Of a stretch of 45,753 bases of DNA, positions 18,409 through 28,213 are shown one piece after another (position 1 is the first letter of the stretch; the number at the start of each line of letters is the position of its first letter). The notes below the pieces were generated by a model, which worked only from the letters and a program-made list of their open reading frames with translations, was not told where the DNA came from and did no database searches. Where the stretch lies: positions 1 through 45,753 of the forward strand of contig JBGQME010000016.1 in the NCBI GenBank assembly GCA_041500425.1, written 5' to 3'. The position numbers and the translations under genes are program-made. Origin of the DNA: Candidatus Bathyarchaeia archaeon. Its GTDB lineage: Archaea > Thermoproteota > Bathyarchaeia > Bathyarchaeales > Bathycorpusculaceae.

Positions 18409-19944
18409 CTAGAAGCCGTAAAGTTCTGAAAACTTTCCATTCAGATAACTCAAGTACGGCTTCACTGTCAGCTCTTTTCCCGTGATTTTCTTGATGAGCA
18501 CTGGTGGGTCATAGAGGTTTCCTTGGTTGTGAACGTTCTTGGCCAGCCATTGTTTTACGTCTTTGAAGTTGCCCTTCCCTAGTAGTTTTCTCCAGTTTGG
18601 CAGATCCTTCTCCATTGTTGCTAGCATCTGTCCGCTGTAGATGTTACCCAGCGCGTAGCTTGGGAAGTAGCCATAATAGCCGCTTGCCCAATGCGTGTCT
18701 TGCATGACGCCTTCGGAGTCGTTTTCAATCTTTATGCCGAGATAGTCCTTGTAGCTTTGGTTCCATATTTCGGGGAGCTCCTTCACTGTTATCTTGCCGG
18801 CAAACAGGTCTCTTTCGATGTTGAACCTTATGATTATGTGCAGCCCGTAGGTAACTTCGTCTGCTTCAACGCGGATTTTTGAGGGTTTCACCTCATTGAT
18901 GGCGTGCACAAACTTGTCTAGGCTAATATCTGCAAGCGTCTTTCCAGCTAGTTCCTTTAGTTTCGGTAGGAAGTAGGCCCAGAATTCCCGTGATCTTCCT
19001 ATGATGTTCTCTATCGTGCGCGATTGTGATTCGTGGAATCCCGATGAACAACCCGTTCCGACTGGTTGGTACATCCATTCTTGATTCAAATCTTGCTCAT
19101 AGATCGCGTGCCCAGCCTCATGTAGCACTGAGAATATGGATGAGGCGTACATGTCTTCGTAGTAGTGTGTTGTTATTCGCACGTCATCATAGTAGCCGGT
19201 GGTAAATGGGTGTTCGGTTTCGTCAATTCTGCCTCCAGCATTCTTCGAGGTCACGTCATATTGGACAGCTTCGGCAAGGGCTATGGCTAGCTTGTGTTGT
19301 ACGTCAATAGGAACTCTGCGTTGTAGAATGCTGACATCTGGCTGTTTCGGGGCTGTTTCACATTTCTTCAATAATGAGACCAACCCGGCTCTTAGTTCGT
19401 CGAAAACAGTCGTGATCTGTTTGGCCGTCATTTTTGGTTCGAAAATGTCTATCAATGCATCGTAGGGTGTGGCGGTTTTCTTCACTTTTATTAGGATTTC
19501 CGCGGCCTTCTTTGCTAGTTCGACGTTTTTCTCAAGTTCAGGTCTAAACATGGCAAAGTTCTTAGCCGCTTTTGCTTTCTTCCACGCGTCTATTGCTATG
19601 GCGTGCTGTTTTGCCATTTCCACGACAAGTTTTTCGGGAAGCTTTGTTTGTTCGTCATAGTTTTTCCTGATCAGGTATACGTTTCGCTTTTGAACAGCGT
19701 CTAAGCTGTCGTGATCGGGGTGTCGTTCAATGCTTTCCAGCAATTTTCCTATTTGTGGGTCGGTCTCCATTTTGTGCTGTATTCCGCTGAGCAAGGCAAG
19801 CTGTTGACTTCTCAAGCCAATTGCCTTTGGCGGCATCATTGTCTCCATGTCCCATTGCATAATTGATTGGGTCGAAATGAAAACAATGGACTCCTTGACC
19901 TTCTCCATCAGTTTCTTATAATTTGAAAGCAAGTTTTCCGTCAT
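18409..19944 (-). CDS. M32-family metallocarboxypeptidase (carboxypeptidase Taq-like).
   Basis: 511 aa. HEAGHAIYEQ (HEXXH) plus HESQSR, IRVEADEVTYGLHIIIRF and GYYGYFPSYALG are diagnostic of M32. Confidence 0.9.
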   Translation of the reverse strand: MTENLLSNYKKLMEKVKESIVFISTQSIMQWDMETMMPPKAIGLRSQQLALLSGIQHKMETDPQIGKLLESIERHPDHDSLDAVQKRNVYLIRKNYDEQTKLPEKLVVEMAKQHAIAIDAWKKAKAAKNFAMFRPELEKNVELAKKAAEILIKVKKTATPYDALIDIFEPKMTAKQITTVFDELRAGLVSLLKKCETAPKQPDVSILQRRVPIDVQHKLAIALAEAVQYDVTSKNAGGRIDETEHPFTTGYYDDVRITTHYYEDMYASSIFSVLHEAGHAIYEQDLNQEWMYQPVGTGCSSGFHESQSRTIENIIGRSREFWAYFLPKLKELAGKTLADISLDKFVHAINEVKPSKIRVEADEVTYGLHIIIRFNIERDLFAGKITVKELPEIWNQSYKDYLGIKIENDSEGVMQDTHWASGYYGYFPSYALGNIYSGQMLATMEKDLPNWRKLLGKGNFKDVKQWLAKNVHNQGNLYDPPVLIKKITGKELTVKPYLSYLNGKFSELYGF

Positions 19945-20042
19945 CTCTTATTGCCTTAGGTTTTGAAGAGTATTCGATAGAGTTTGCTTGTATTTGAGTC
20001 TTGCGTGAAGGTAAAACCAAGCGATTGCATGTGCCGAAATGG

Positions 20043-20117
20043 TGCTCCGGCCGGGATTTGGACCCGGGTCTCCGACTCGAAAGGCCGGAATACTTGACCG
20101 GGCTATACTACCGGAGC
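20043..20117 (-). tRNA. tRNA-Glu (anticodon UUC), intron-less; CCA is encoded (through 20040).
   Basis: Reverse complement reads GCTCCGG-TA-GTAT-AGCCCGGTCAA-GTAT-T-CCGGC-CTTTCGA-GTCGG-AGAC-CCGGG-TCCAAAT-CCCGG-CCGGAGC-A-CCA. Canonical cloverleaf. Anticodon loop is C-U-UUC-G-A. Confidence 0.9.
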
Positions 20118-20166
20118 CCATCAGCCCGGAGGCATCATGCAGAATGTCTCTTCATTCGAATAAAGC

Positions 20167-21348
20167 TTACCCTTTGAAGGCTGTTTCCGCGCAATCTCTT
20201 AGCGGTGCAAGTATCGTGTCTGCTTTGTTCAGCGTTGGGGCGTAGTAAGCTGTTTTTGCGGAATTTGTCATGATTGTCTTTATTCCTAGTGCTTCAGTCC
20301 ATGAGACCACTGTGCACACGTCCGCCAGCACGTGTCCTCCGCTTCTTTCTACCTTGTTGACATTGTCTTTCGCTATTTCTTTGACATGTCGTGATGTGCA
20401 CACCCAAAACTCTGTTCCTTCCTTGATTTTTTTGCCTTCGACAAGCCGAGCGATCTGCTTGACTTCGTTCAGAGAACAGTGAGGGCAACCAATGAAGACA
20501 AGGTCTGGCTCGCGTGTTGTTGCTGTAGACAAATCCTCAATGGTTCGGTCTATGTCTCCAGCTTCGACATCTATCGCCTCTGTTCCCCTCGATTTCATGC
20601 TCGACTTTCGGAAGTCCCGACAGAACATGTTAACCATACCAGTCGTGGCAAGCGCTGCGCCCAGCTGTTTCAAACAATCTTCTGAAGCTTTTTCTACTCC
20701 TTGGATCACTGGGATTTTGTCTTCTAAGACTTTGCCTAGATGGATTCCTAGAGCTCCGTACTCCGTTTCGTTTTGCAGCTGTCTGTTCACTGTCACCAAA
20801 ACGTTTGGCTGTCGATTTTCAGGTTGATGAATTCCGTAATCAGGAGTTTTACCGATTATTGCTGCAGCAAGCGCGCTTGGGCCTCCTTCGCGATTTGTAT
20901 GAGCGCCAAGAATTGAATTGGCGTAGACTACTGCTGAAGATTCGGCCCAAGCTAGATGCGAACCACGTCTGGACACGTCTGAATAGTAGGGCGTGCAGGT
21001 TAGAGATTGTGTGAAACCCATTTTTTCAAACTGATTCAGAATATTCAATTGTTTATCGCGCAGGTCGGTTCCTATCTTCTTAATCAGATACTCGGGATCG
21101 ACGCTCTGCGGGTTCAGAGTGGAGCGAGTTCTTACCTTCGCGCCACCATCTGCCAATGTCTTCAGAAATTCTGTTGGAGCATCACCTAACGTCTTGTATG
21201 AGACTCCTGAAACGTGTGCTGAACTTATCGGAATAAGCTTTTTTGCCTTGAATAGTTCACCTAGTTTAACGAGGATTTTCATGCTTATCTGGTTGGCCCA
21301 GCCGCATTGACCGTCGTAGATGCGCTCTTCTTCTTTGGTCAAGAACAT
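20167..21348 (-). CDS. Aconitase X large subunit (DUF521/COG1679), i.e. phosphomevalonate dehydratase large subunit.
   Basis: 393 aa. Conserved AcnX motifs. It lies directly downstream of the small-subunit (DUF126) gene, the arrangement used by the archaeal-type mevalonate pathway. Confidence 0.85.
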   Translation of the reverse strand: MFLTKEEERIYDGQCGWANQISMKILVKLGELFKAKKLIPISSAHVSGVSYKTLGDAPTEFLKTLADGGAKVRTRSTLNPQSVDPEYLIKKIGTDLRDKQLNILNQFEKMGFTQSLTCTPYYSDVSRRGSHLAWAESSAVVYANSILGAHTNREGGPSALAAAIIGKTPDYGIHQPENRQPNVLVTVNRQLQNETEYGALGIHLGKVLEDKIPVIQGVEKASEDCLKQLGAALATTGMVNMFCRDFRKSSMKSRGTEAIDVEAGDIDRTIEDLSTATTREPDLVFIGCPHCSLNEVKQIARLVEGKKIKEGTEFWVCTSRHVKEIAKDNVNKVERSGGHVLADVCTVVSWTEALGIKTIMTNSAKTAYYAPTLNKADTILAPLRDCAETAFKG

Positions 21349-21353
21349 TCTTG

Positions 21354-21767
21354 CTAGTTGTCTCCTCTTTTCAGAATCTTGACAACGCCGTTTGTCGCAT
21401 CAACTTCAACCATGTCGCCCGTTCTGATCTTTCCGATATGCACTTGGTCTATCATCGGGATGTTGGCAAGTATTGCTCCGACAACGACGACTGGGTCAGC
21501 CGCTTCGTTAATTATCGCTTTGGGCGCTAAATTCTTCTTAGCTAAAGAGTACAGGACATAACTGCCCACGGTTGAGCCGTGGCCGTGGGGAAAGCACAAA
21601 ACCTTGTTTTTTATGCATTTTCCACACAGGTCGTGATTCTTCTCAACTATTCTACCATCAGCAGGGTCAACTCCGCCGAGGAAGCTTATCGGTTTGTTGG
21701 AAACTAAGGCTTTAGCTCTGCAATGTCCTTCGACAACCACTCTGCCCTTCAAGGTAATGTTTCGCAT
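21354..21767 (-). CDS. Aconitase X small subunit (DUF126/COG1786), i.e. phosphomevalonate dehydratase small subunit.
   Basis: 137 aa. A Gly-rich swivel-domain-like core (FPHGHGSTVGSYVLY). It forms an operon with the large subunit 5 nt downstream. Confidence 0.8.
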   Translation of the reverse strand: MRNITLKGRVVVEGHCRAKALVSNKPISFLGGVDPADGRIVEKNHDLCGKCIKNKVLCFPHGHGSTVGSYVLYSLAKKNLAPKAIINEAADPVVVVGAILANIPMIDQVHIGKIRTGDMVEVDATNGVVKILKRGDN

Positions 21768-21778
21768 GATTAAGCACT

Positions 21779-23068
21779 TTAGTAGGATATTCTCGCAGTG
21801 GTGGGAATTTCGCCCAGGATCTTTGATGATGCTTGGCTGACTTTTTCACGGTTTTCTTGATCCGTGTAGACACGCAATATGTTTATGAAGCCTCTTAGGG
21901 TTTCAAAGATTTTTGATATTTCGCTTAGACGTTGCGGGATCTTTTGGCCGTCTTGTGTTTTTTGGAATGTAGGGATTTCCATGGGTTCCATTAACACTGA
22001 ATGATGGTAAGGAACAGACGGGACTGTGGGCACGTCAATGATCACTGCCTCAGTCTCAACATCGGCTTTTCTTGCGATATCCTCCTGTAACTGCCTTCGA
22101 TGCGTCTGACGACTGAAAATGTTGGAAATCATTGTGTCCTTCTCATAAAAGGTTCGCTCACAGGCGCATTTGAGCAACTTTCGCCTTTCAAGATTCGCTA
22201 TGATTTCGCTCGACTTCTTGCAGTTCTTCAGCATTGTCCAAACCGTGTAGTCGTCCATCGCCAAGTATTCTTCTGGAGTTTTGAAGCTTGTCAACCCCAG
22301 TTCTTCGTTTGCTCTTTCCATTGCCATGGCAAGCATTATTTGGGCTGCTCTCCCGACACGGTGAAAGTATATGCTTTTGAATGATTCTATTCTGGCGATA
22401 ATGAGGGATTCAAGGGCTGAAAGTGCGCCCAAATCTACTGCTAAGTTCTCGCCTAGCACGTCTAACGCGTGTATCAATCTGAAAATGTCAATGAACCCAT
22501 ATTCTGCTCCTGTGTGGTATGTGTCCCGCACAATGAAGTCTTGTTTGTCCACGTCAACTGCGCTGCTTATTATCTGGTCTAGGAACGTTTTTTTGGGCTT
22601 GTGAAGTCTGCCGATGGCAAGTTTTCCAACTTGCTCTGGATTGTACCCATTTCTTTTCAGAATATCCTTCAATTCACTGTTTTCAATTATCCAGTGGGTC
22701 ATGTCCTCATGGGTTTTGTTCTCTTTATCCAGCAACTGTTCAAAAACGTGTGAAAAAGGTCCGTGTCCAACGTCGTGAAGCAGGCCAGCCAATCGGACTA
22801 TTTTTGCCTCTTCTTCAGTTATGAGCCGTGAAATGTTAGGATTCTCTGCGACTCTGCCCGCTAAGTACATGACGCCGACAGAATGTTCGAAGCGTGTGTG
22901 GTTTGCTCCTGGGTAAACGTATTCTGAACCTGCCAACTGGCGTAGCCTACGAAGTCTTTGAACAGGGTAGGAATCGATGATTTCTTTTTCTAATTCAGTG
23001 ATGTAGACGTAACCGTGTACGGGGTCTTTTATTTCGCCCCAATAATCCCTAGACATCGGCGACTTCAC
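21779..23068 (-). CDS. HD-domain phosphohydrolase (dGTPase/SAMHD1-like).
   Basis: RFEHSVGVMYLA and LLHDVGHGPFSH are the HD-superfamily metal-binding motifs. 429 aa. Confidence 0.85.
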   Translation of the reverse strand: MKSPMSRDYWGEIKDPVHGYVYITELEKEIIDSYPVQRLRRLRQLAGSEYVYPGANHTRFEHSVGVMYLAGRVAENPNISRLITEEEAKIVRLAGLLHDVGHGPFSHVFEQLLDKENKTHEDMTHWIIENSELKDILKRNGYNPEQVGKLAIGRLHKPKKTFLDQIISSAVDVDKQDFIVRDTYHTGAEYGFIDIFRLIHALDVLGENLAVDLGALSALESLIIARIESFKSIYFHRVGRAAQIMLAMAMERANEELGLTSFKTPEEYLAMDDYTVWTMLKNCKKSSEIIANLERRKLLKCACERTFYEKDTMISNIFSRQTHRRQLQEDIARKADVETEAVIIDVPTVPSVPYHHSVLMEPMEIPTFQKTQDGQKIPQRLSEISKIFETLRGFINILRVYTDQENREKVSQASSKILGEIPTTARISY

Positions 23069-23130
23069 CCTTTCTTGGTCGGATAATTATTAATGTATCT
23101 TCACTCTTATAATGCCTAACGCCTGAAGAC

Positions 23131-23745
23131 TTGAGGATCAGAATTATGACGAGAAAGGGCTTTTTCATTTGTGTTGAAGGATTAGACGGCTGCGGAAAGA
23201 CTACACAGACAAAACTGCTTGTGCATAGGCTGAAGAATAGCTACAATGCAGTTTATACTGCTGAGCCAAGTCAAGGAAAAATAGGGCAATTTGTCAAGGA
23301 ATATTGTTTGCTTGCCCGGAAACGTGGTTCAGTTGTCATTGAAGCTTTGTTATTTGCTGCAGACCGTTTCGAACATGTAGAGACCGAGATTGCTCCTGCC
23401 GTGAAGGAAGGAAAACTTGTGATTAGTGATCGCTATGTTTATTCATCGTTAGCCTACCAAGGTGCGGCTGGACTTGATTTGAACTGGATTAGGAAGATAA
23501 ATGAGCATTCTATCCGTCCAGACCTTGCCATCTTTATTGACGTTGAACCTGAAACCGTTGTTCAAAGGTTAAAGCCAAAAAAGTCTGTGATGGAGAACTT
23601 GGAAACGCAACGCAGAGTCCGAGATGTCTACTTGAGATTCGTGGACAAAGGAGAACTCGTCAGAATAGATGGAAATGCGTCAAAGGGCAAGGTTGCCAAC
23701 GAGATTCTGAAAGTGGTCGTAGGATTTATGGAGAAAGCTTGTTAG
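23131..23745 (+). CDS. tmk: Thymidylate kinase.
   Basis: P-loop ICVEGLDGCGKTTQ. DRY motif ISDRYVYSSLAYQ. Lid region present. The start is probably the internal Met MTRKGFF (23146). Confidence 0.9.
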   Translation: MRIRIMTRKGFFICVEGLDGCGKTTQTKLLVHRLKNSYNAVYTAEPSQGKIGQFVKEYCLLARKRGSVVIEALLFAADRFEHVETEIAPAVKEGKLVISDRYVYSSLAYQGAAGLDLNWIRKINEHSIRPDLAIFIDVEPETVVQRLKPKKSVMENLETQRRVRDVYLRFVDKGELVRIDGNASKGKVANEILKVVVGFMEKAC

Positions 23746-24251
23746 GAAGCATCAAGAGCTTTCAATATTCTTTTAGAGAATGTTTCATTGACTTTGTTGC
23801 AGACGATGTTGATGACATCTTCAGGCGACAAGTACCGTGGCCCTCTTTCATGAAACACTTGCATATCCATCGAATCCTCGCCAAACGTGAAGCGCAGCAT
23901 GTAGTAGTCAAATCTCAGCGGCGTTTTCCTTTCTTCTTGCATCCTGTAATAACGGACAGCACAGAGGAAATCTAGGACTTGGAAGGGTTTCTTGCGTATC
24001 TCCTTTTGCACTCTGTTTTCTTCTTCACCATTAAGATAGTTGAAATCACCTGCTTCTGCTATTCCAAACTCAAGGTTAACCTTGCATTGGGGAATTGACG
24101 GATCAGCGATGCTTTCTAGGCTGAGGGTTTCGTTGTTCAGCTTTTGAAAAGTTTCGACCAAGACCTGCTGCAGTTTCTTGATTGAAACTGAAACGGCAAA
24201 GTGCTTTATTCCATGGATAGTTTTGGGAAAATTGGCATAAAACCCAAGCAT
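23742..24251 (-). CDS. Hypothetical protein.
   Basis: 169-aa ORF that overlaps the tmk stop by 4 nt in convergent orientation. Coding-like composition. I recognise no motif. Confidence 0.45.
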   Translation of the reverse strand: MLGFYANFPKTIHGIKHFAVSVSIKKLQQVLVETFQKLNNETLSLESIADPSIPQCKVNLEFGIAEAGDFNYLNGEEENRVQKEIRKKPFQVLDFLCAVRYYRMQEERKTPLRFDYYMLRFTFGEDSMDMQVFHERGPRYLSPEDVINIVCNKVNETFSKRILKALDAS

Positions 24252-24265
24252 GCCAACGTCTCCGC

Positions 24266-24631
24266 CTAGGCGCTTTTAACTTTCCTTATCTTTTCAATAT
24301 TCTCTAGTAAGCCGGAAAGTGCATTGCCCAGTTTCTGCACCTCTTCTACGTCTTCTGTGTGCTGCATCTTGTTCTGTATTTCCTGAACCTTTACCAGAAG
24401 TGTAGCTTCAAGACTACTCAGAGCCATGGAGCTTGTCGCCTCTTCAGCTTCTTCACCTTCTTTCACTACTATGACTTTCTTTTCGCATTTTGCACACCAA
24501 ATCGTGTCATCTTTCAATCGAAAAAGCGGTGAAGCGCAAGCTGGACAGGCCAGTTCTGTGAGGGTTGAGCCTTGGCGTAGCAGATCAGCCATGTGCTTAA
24601 CGTGTTGTTCTTCGCTGTTTTTTCGCGACAA
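24266..24631 (-). CDS. Zn-ribbon protein of the UPF0148 / Sjogren-syndrome-autoantigen-1-like family.
   Basis: 121 aa. ...ADLLRQGSTLTELACPACASPLFRLKDDTIWCAKCEKKV matches the archaeal UPF0148 N-terminus (ELL..GA.ML...CP.CG.PLFR..DG...CP.C). An acidic coiled-coil tail follows. Confidence 0.6.
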   Translation of the reverse strand: MSRKNSEEQHVKHMADLLRQGSTLTELACPACASPLFRLKDDTIWCAKCEKKVIVVKEGEEAEEATSSMALSSLEATLLVKVQEIQNKMQHTEDVEEVQKLGNALSGLLENIEKIRKVKSA

Positions 24632-24708
24632 GTTTTAAAACCCCAAAGTAAATAGGTATAAAGGCTTATATAACAAGGTTACCGCGAAAACGTTTCGGGG
24701 TAGCAACT

Positions 24709-24987
24709 ATGGTCAGAAAGAAGAAGATGGAAGAGTACGAAGAGCGGATAAAGCAGGCTATTGCCGTGCTTGAACAGGTCTCTGAAGACACTACCACGCC
24801 TAGAAACATCAGGAGAACGGCAAAAGATTCGATGAGCACCTTGCAGACAACCGAGTACACACCTGCGGTGAGAGCCGCGAACGCAATTTCGCTTTTGGAT
24901 GAGATTCTGCAAGACCCAAACATGCCACAGTACACGAGAGTAAAGTTGTGGAACGTAATGAGCTTCATAGAAGCAATAAGAGATTAA
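24709..24987 (+). CDS. UPF0147-family small helical protein.
   Basis: 92 aa. ...IKQAIAVLEQVSEDTTTPRNIRRTAKDS...AVRAANAISLLDEILQDPNMPQYTRVKLWNVMSFIEAI matches the conserved archaeal UPF0147 pattern (PRNIRR....VRAANAIS.L.EIS.DPNMP). Confidence 0.6.
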   Translation: MVRKKKMEEYEERIKQAIAVLEQVSEDTTTPRNIRRTAKDSMSTLQTTEYTPAVRAANAISLLDEILQDPNMPQYTRVKLWNVMSFIEAIRD

Positions 24988-25036
24988 TATGCGGACACAA
25001 AAGTATCTTCTACTTCTGATTTAGGAAGTATATTGA

Positions 25037-25378
25037 ATGAAAATATTCCATTATCAGAATGTTGAAGCAAAGGATGCGGAAGAAGGAGCCTCAAAGCTAA
25101 AAGTGCGATGGCTTATCACAAAGGACATGGGGGCTCCTAACTTTGCAATGAGACTATTCGAGATGGAGCCAAAAGGATACAGTCCTTTGCACACTCATCC
25201 CTGGGAGCATGAAGTCTTTATCTTAGAAGGTGATGGCGTCGTGGTTGGAGAAGATAAAGAAAGAAGGTTCAAGGCCGGTGATGCCATCTTCGTCGCTCCA
25301 AATGAACTGCATCAATTCAGAAACAACGGAGCAAAAATCCTAAGGTTTCTGTGCATGGTACCCATCCGAGATAAGTGA
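25037..25378 (+). CDS. Cupin-domain protein.
   Basis: 113 aa. Two-His cupin motifs (HTHPWEHEVFILEG and NELHQFRN). Confidence 0.8.
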   Translation: MKIFHYQNVEAKDAEEGASKLKVRWLITKDMGAPNFAMRLFEMEPKGYSPLHTHPWEHEVFILEGDGVVVGEDKERRFKAGDAIFVAPNELHQFRNNGAKILRFLCMVPIRDK

Positions 25379-25413
25379 TCAGTTTTCGATGTCGGCTTGC
25401 TCGTTAGAAATAT

Positions 25414-26841
25414 ATGCTAGTTGTGACATCTAGCTTTGGGTTTCAGGGGATAAGCCCTTTGAAGTATGACGTGATAATTGTCGGTGCCGGTCCAGCAGGA
25501 ATATTCTCGGCTCTCGAACTCACCGAGAAAAACGACCTCAAAGTCCTCATGCTTGACAGAGGAAGAGACATAAACCAACGCAAATGCCCATCCAGCCGCG
25601 GATTCGAATGCGTCCACTGCGACCCGTGTGCAATTTTGTCTGGCTGGGGCGGGGCAGGAGCCTTCAGTGACGGAAAACTCACATTGTCAACAGAGGTAGG
25701 CGGCTGGCTTAACCAATATGTCTCAAACAAAGAGCTGGCGGAACTCCTGAACTATGCAGATAATATTTATCAGAAGTTCGGCGCAACGAAGTACACCTAC
25801 GGAGAGGACGTTGAAAAGATAGACGAGATCGAACGGAAGGCATCTCTGGCAGGTCTGAAACTAATTCGTCAAAGGATCCGTCACATGGGCACTGAATGGT
25901 GCGCCCAAACGCTTCAAAAGATGCGGCAAGAACTGAACGGAAAGGTGGAGTTCAAACCGAAAACAGACATTAAGGGATTAATAGTCAAGAATGGCGTCAT
26001 CGAGGGCGTTGTAACCATAGACGGCGAGAAATGTTTCGGAAAATATGTGATTGTTGCTCCTGGTAGAAGTGGTGCGGAATGGCTTCAGACTGAAGCCCAA
26101 GCTTTAGGTTTGAAGACGCTTAATAACCCAGTTGATATCGGCATAAGAGTTGAGGTTCTAGCTTCTGTCATGGAGGAGTTGACCAGTGTTCTGTACGAGC
26201 CCAAACTTATCTACTATTCGAGATCATTCGACGATCAGCTTCGCACTTTCTGTGTTGCTCCTTATGGGCAGGTCATAACAGAATCCTATGACGGAGTCTT
26301 AACCGTTAATGGTCAGAGCTATGCAGAGCAAAAAACGGAAAACACAAACTTTGCCATTCTGGTCAGCACGTCCTTCACTGAACCGTTCAAGGAGTCGATT
26401 GCCTATGGCAAGTATGTTGCCAGGCTTTCGAATCTTCTCAGCGGTGGCGTCATAATCCAGCGATTAGGTGATCTGGAATCAGGCAGGAGGTCAACGCCTG
26501 AAAGAATAGCCAGAAGCGTAGTGACCCCTACACTAAAGAACGCGACGCCAGGCGACTTGAGCTTTGTACTGCCATACCGTTATCTAGCAGACATAAGAGA
26601 GATGCTTCAAGCTTTGGACATGATCGCCCCAGGCATACACTCAAGAGACACTCTACTATATGGGATTGAGGTGAAATTCTATTCTTCAAGGCTGCAGCTT
26701 AGCAACTGTCTGGAAACCAAGGTTCACAACTTATTCACCATTGGAGATGGCGCAGGCGTTACAAGAGGGTTGATTCAAGCCTCAGCGTCAGGCGTTATCG
26801 TTGCGAGAGAAATTCTGAAGAGAGACAAAACGAAGGCGTAA
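25414..26841 (+). CDS. FAD-dependent oxidoreductase (COG2509-like uncharacterised FAD-dependent dehydrogenase).
   Basis: 475 aa. N-terminal dinucleotide-binding motif DVIIVGAGPAGIFSA. C-terminal GDGAGVTRGL FAD-binding motif. Confidence 0.8.
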   Translation: MLVVTSSFGFQGISPLKYDVIIVGAGPAGIFSALELTEKNDLKVLMLDRGRDINQRKCPSSRGFECVHCDPCAILSGWGGAGAFSDGKLTLSTEVGGWLNQYVSNKELAELLNYADNIYQKFGATKYTYGEDVEKIDEIERKASLAGLKLIRQRIRHMGTEWCAQTLQKMRQELNGKVEFKPKTDIKGLIVKNGVIEGVVTIDGEKCFGKYVIVAPGRSGAEWLQTEAQALGLKTLNNPVDIGIRVEVLASVMEELTSVLYEPKLIYYSRSFDDQLRTFCVAPYGQVITESYDGVLTVNGQSYAEQKTENTNFAILVSTSFTEPFKESIAYGKYVARLSNLLSGGVIIQRLGDLESGRRSTPERIARSVVTPTLKNATPGDLSFVLPYRYLADIREMLQALDMIAPGIHSRDTLLYGIEVKFYSSRLQLSNCLETKVHNLFTIGDGAGVTRGLIQASASGVIVAREILKRDKTKA

Positions 26842-26846
26842 AACCG

Positions 26847-27599
26847 ATGTCAGTGGTTGATGAAATTAAGTGCTCACATTGCGGCGGACCAATAGCGTTC
26901 AAGCCAGGCGAAATCTTGGCTACATGCAAGTACTGTGGCTTCACAGTGGTTATAGAGACTGGACAAACCTTCACGTTCGAGCATTCTCTGCTGATGAACA
27001 AATATGACCAGACGCAGGTTGAAGAACCAATTAGAGATTGGATGAAGGAAGGTTTCCTGAAGCCTCCAGATTTGGCGAAGAAGTCGAAAATAGTGCAGAA
27101 AGAGCTGATCTATCTGCCTTTCTGGGTCGTGTCCGCAGCAGCCAAGAGCAGCTATGAAGGGATTTTTGAGCGCATAGCCCCAGCTATTGTGAAAGAGGGA
27201 AAGATTGAGAAGGAATACAACTGGCTTGTCTTGGCAAGGAAGGCCACAGAGTTTCCGACGAAGGAGTATGATGTGCCGCTGGAGGGCAAGATCCCGTTTG
27301 ACTTTCGGAAGATTGAAGCTTTTGCTAAGGTTTTGAATAGCGAGATCGATAGGGATGAGGCTGTGGAGCTTGCGAAACAGCAGATTGAGGATCATCATCA
27401 TTTCCTGATTAAAGAGGATGTGGACAAGGTCATCGAAATGAAAACTGAATTGAACGTGAAACAGGTGGTTTACTTGCATGCTCCCATATGGTTTGTCAAA
27501 TACGAATACAAAGGCAAAGACTACCAGTTGCTGGTGGATGGGGCAACAGGAACACCCATTAAAGGAGACATTCCTTCTGCTGGGTTTGGAATGCTTTGA
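26847..27599 (+). CDS. Uncharacterised protein with an N-terminal C4 zinc ribbon.
   Basis: 250 aa. CSHCGGP...CKYCGF at the N-terminus, then a soluble alpha/beta region. It starts 6 nt after the FAD-dependent gene. Confidence 0.55.
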   Translation: MSVVDEIKCSHCGGPIAFKPGEILATCKYCGFTVVIETGQTFTFEHSLLMNKYDQTQVEEPIRDWMKEGFLKPPDLAKKSKIVQKELIYLPFWVVSAAAKSSYEGIFERIAPAIVKEGKIEKEYNWLVLARKATEFPTKEYDVPLEGKIPFDFRKIEAFAKVLNSEIDRDEAVELAKQQIEDHHHFLIKEDVDKVIEMKTELNVKQVVYLHAPIWFVKYEYKGKDYQLLVDGATGTPIKGDIPSAGFGML

Positions 27600-27675
27600 C
27601 CAACAACAAAACTTTAAAAGCAACCATGTTTCTTGTGTGAAATCGAATAATAATAATAGAGTGAGGAAATGATTC

Positions 27676-28212
27676 TTGACAGAAAAAACCGATATGTATG
27701 ATAAGGCGAAGAAGCAGATGCGACTTTCCGAAAGAATAGCAGCTGCACTGCCAGGCTTTCGCGGTTACAAAGAGAAAGAACTACGCAGAGAGTCTGACAA
27801 GCTTATTCGAAATCACTTGTACCAGAAGCTTTTACAAGCCAGAACTGATCTTAAGGCTGTTTTTCAGAAGTTATCTGACCGCAGGGCGTTTGACGTTCTG
27901 ACGGACATGGATCGACTTGTTGCAAGGTTTGACCGTATAGTTGAGAAGGTGAACCATGCTTCTTACGGATATACAGGATTCTTTGACGTCGTCAAGGTTG
28001 AAGAGGAAGCTTTAGACAGGATGATTGATTTTGACAACCGCCTGATTGACGACGTCGACAACATCGTCAATGAAGTCAACGCATTCAAAGGCGAGGTCAT
28101 GAAACAGAAGTTTGACAAGGCCAAAGAGCGTGTACAAAGTCTGTCTGACACGTTGGAGGCTTTTGAAGAAGCCTTCGATAAAAGGCAAGAAACGATTTTA
28201 GGAGTGAGCTAG
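27676..28212 (+). CDS. Coiled-coil protein (possibly PspA/ESCRT-III-like, unverified).
   Basis: 178 aa. Strongly helical and heptad-rich. No TM segment. It ends 2 nt before the SPFH gene. Confidence 0.5.
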   Translation: MTEKTDMYDKAKKQMRLSERIAAALPGFRGYKEKELRRESDKLIRNHLYQKLLQARTDLKAVFQKLSDRRAFDVLTDMDRLVARFDRIVEKVNHASYGYTGFFDVVKVEEEALDRMIDFDNRLIDDVDNIVNEVNAFKGEVMKQKFDKAKERVQSLSDTLEAFEEAFDKRQETILGVS

Positions 28213-28213
28213 A

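Noticed and set aside
20039-20245. ORF 20039..20245(+) (MVLRPGFGPGSP...).
   Set aside because: It is the antisense reading of tRNA-Glu(UUC) (the GC-rich stems give Gly/Pro codons) continuing into the AcnX gene antisense.
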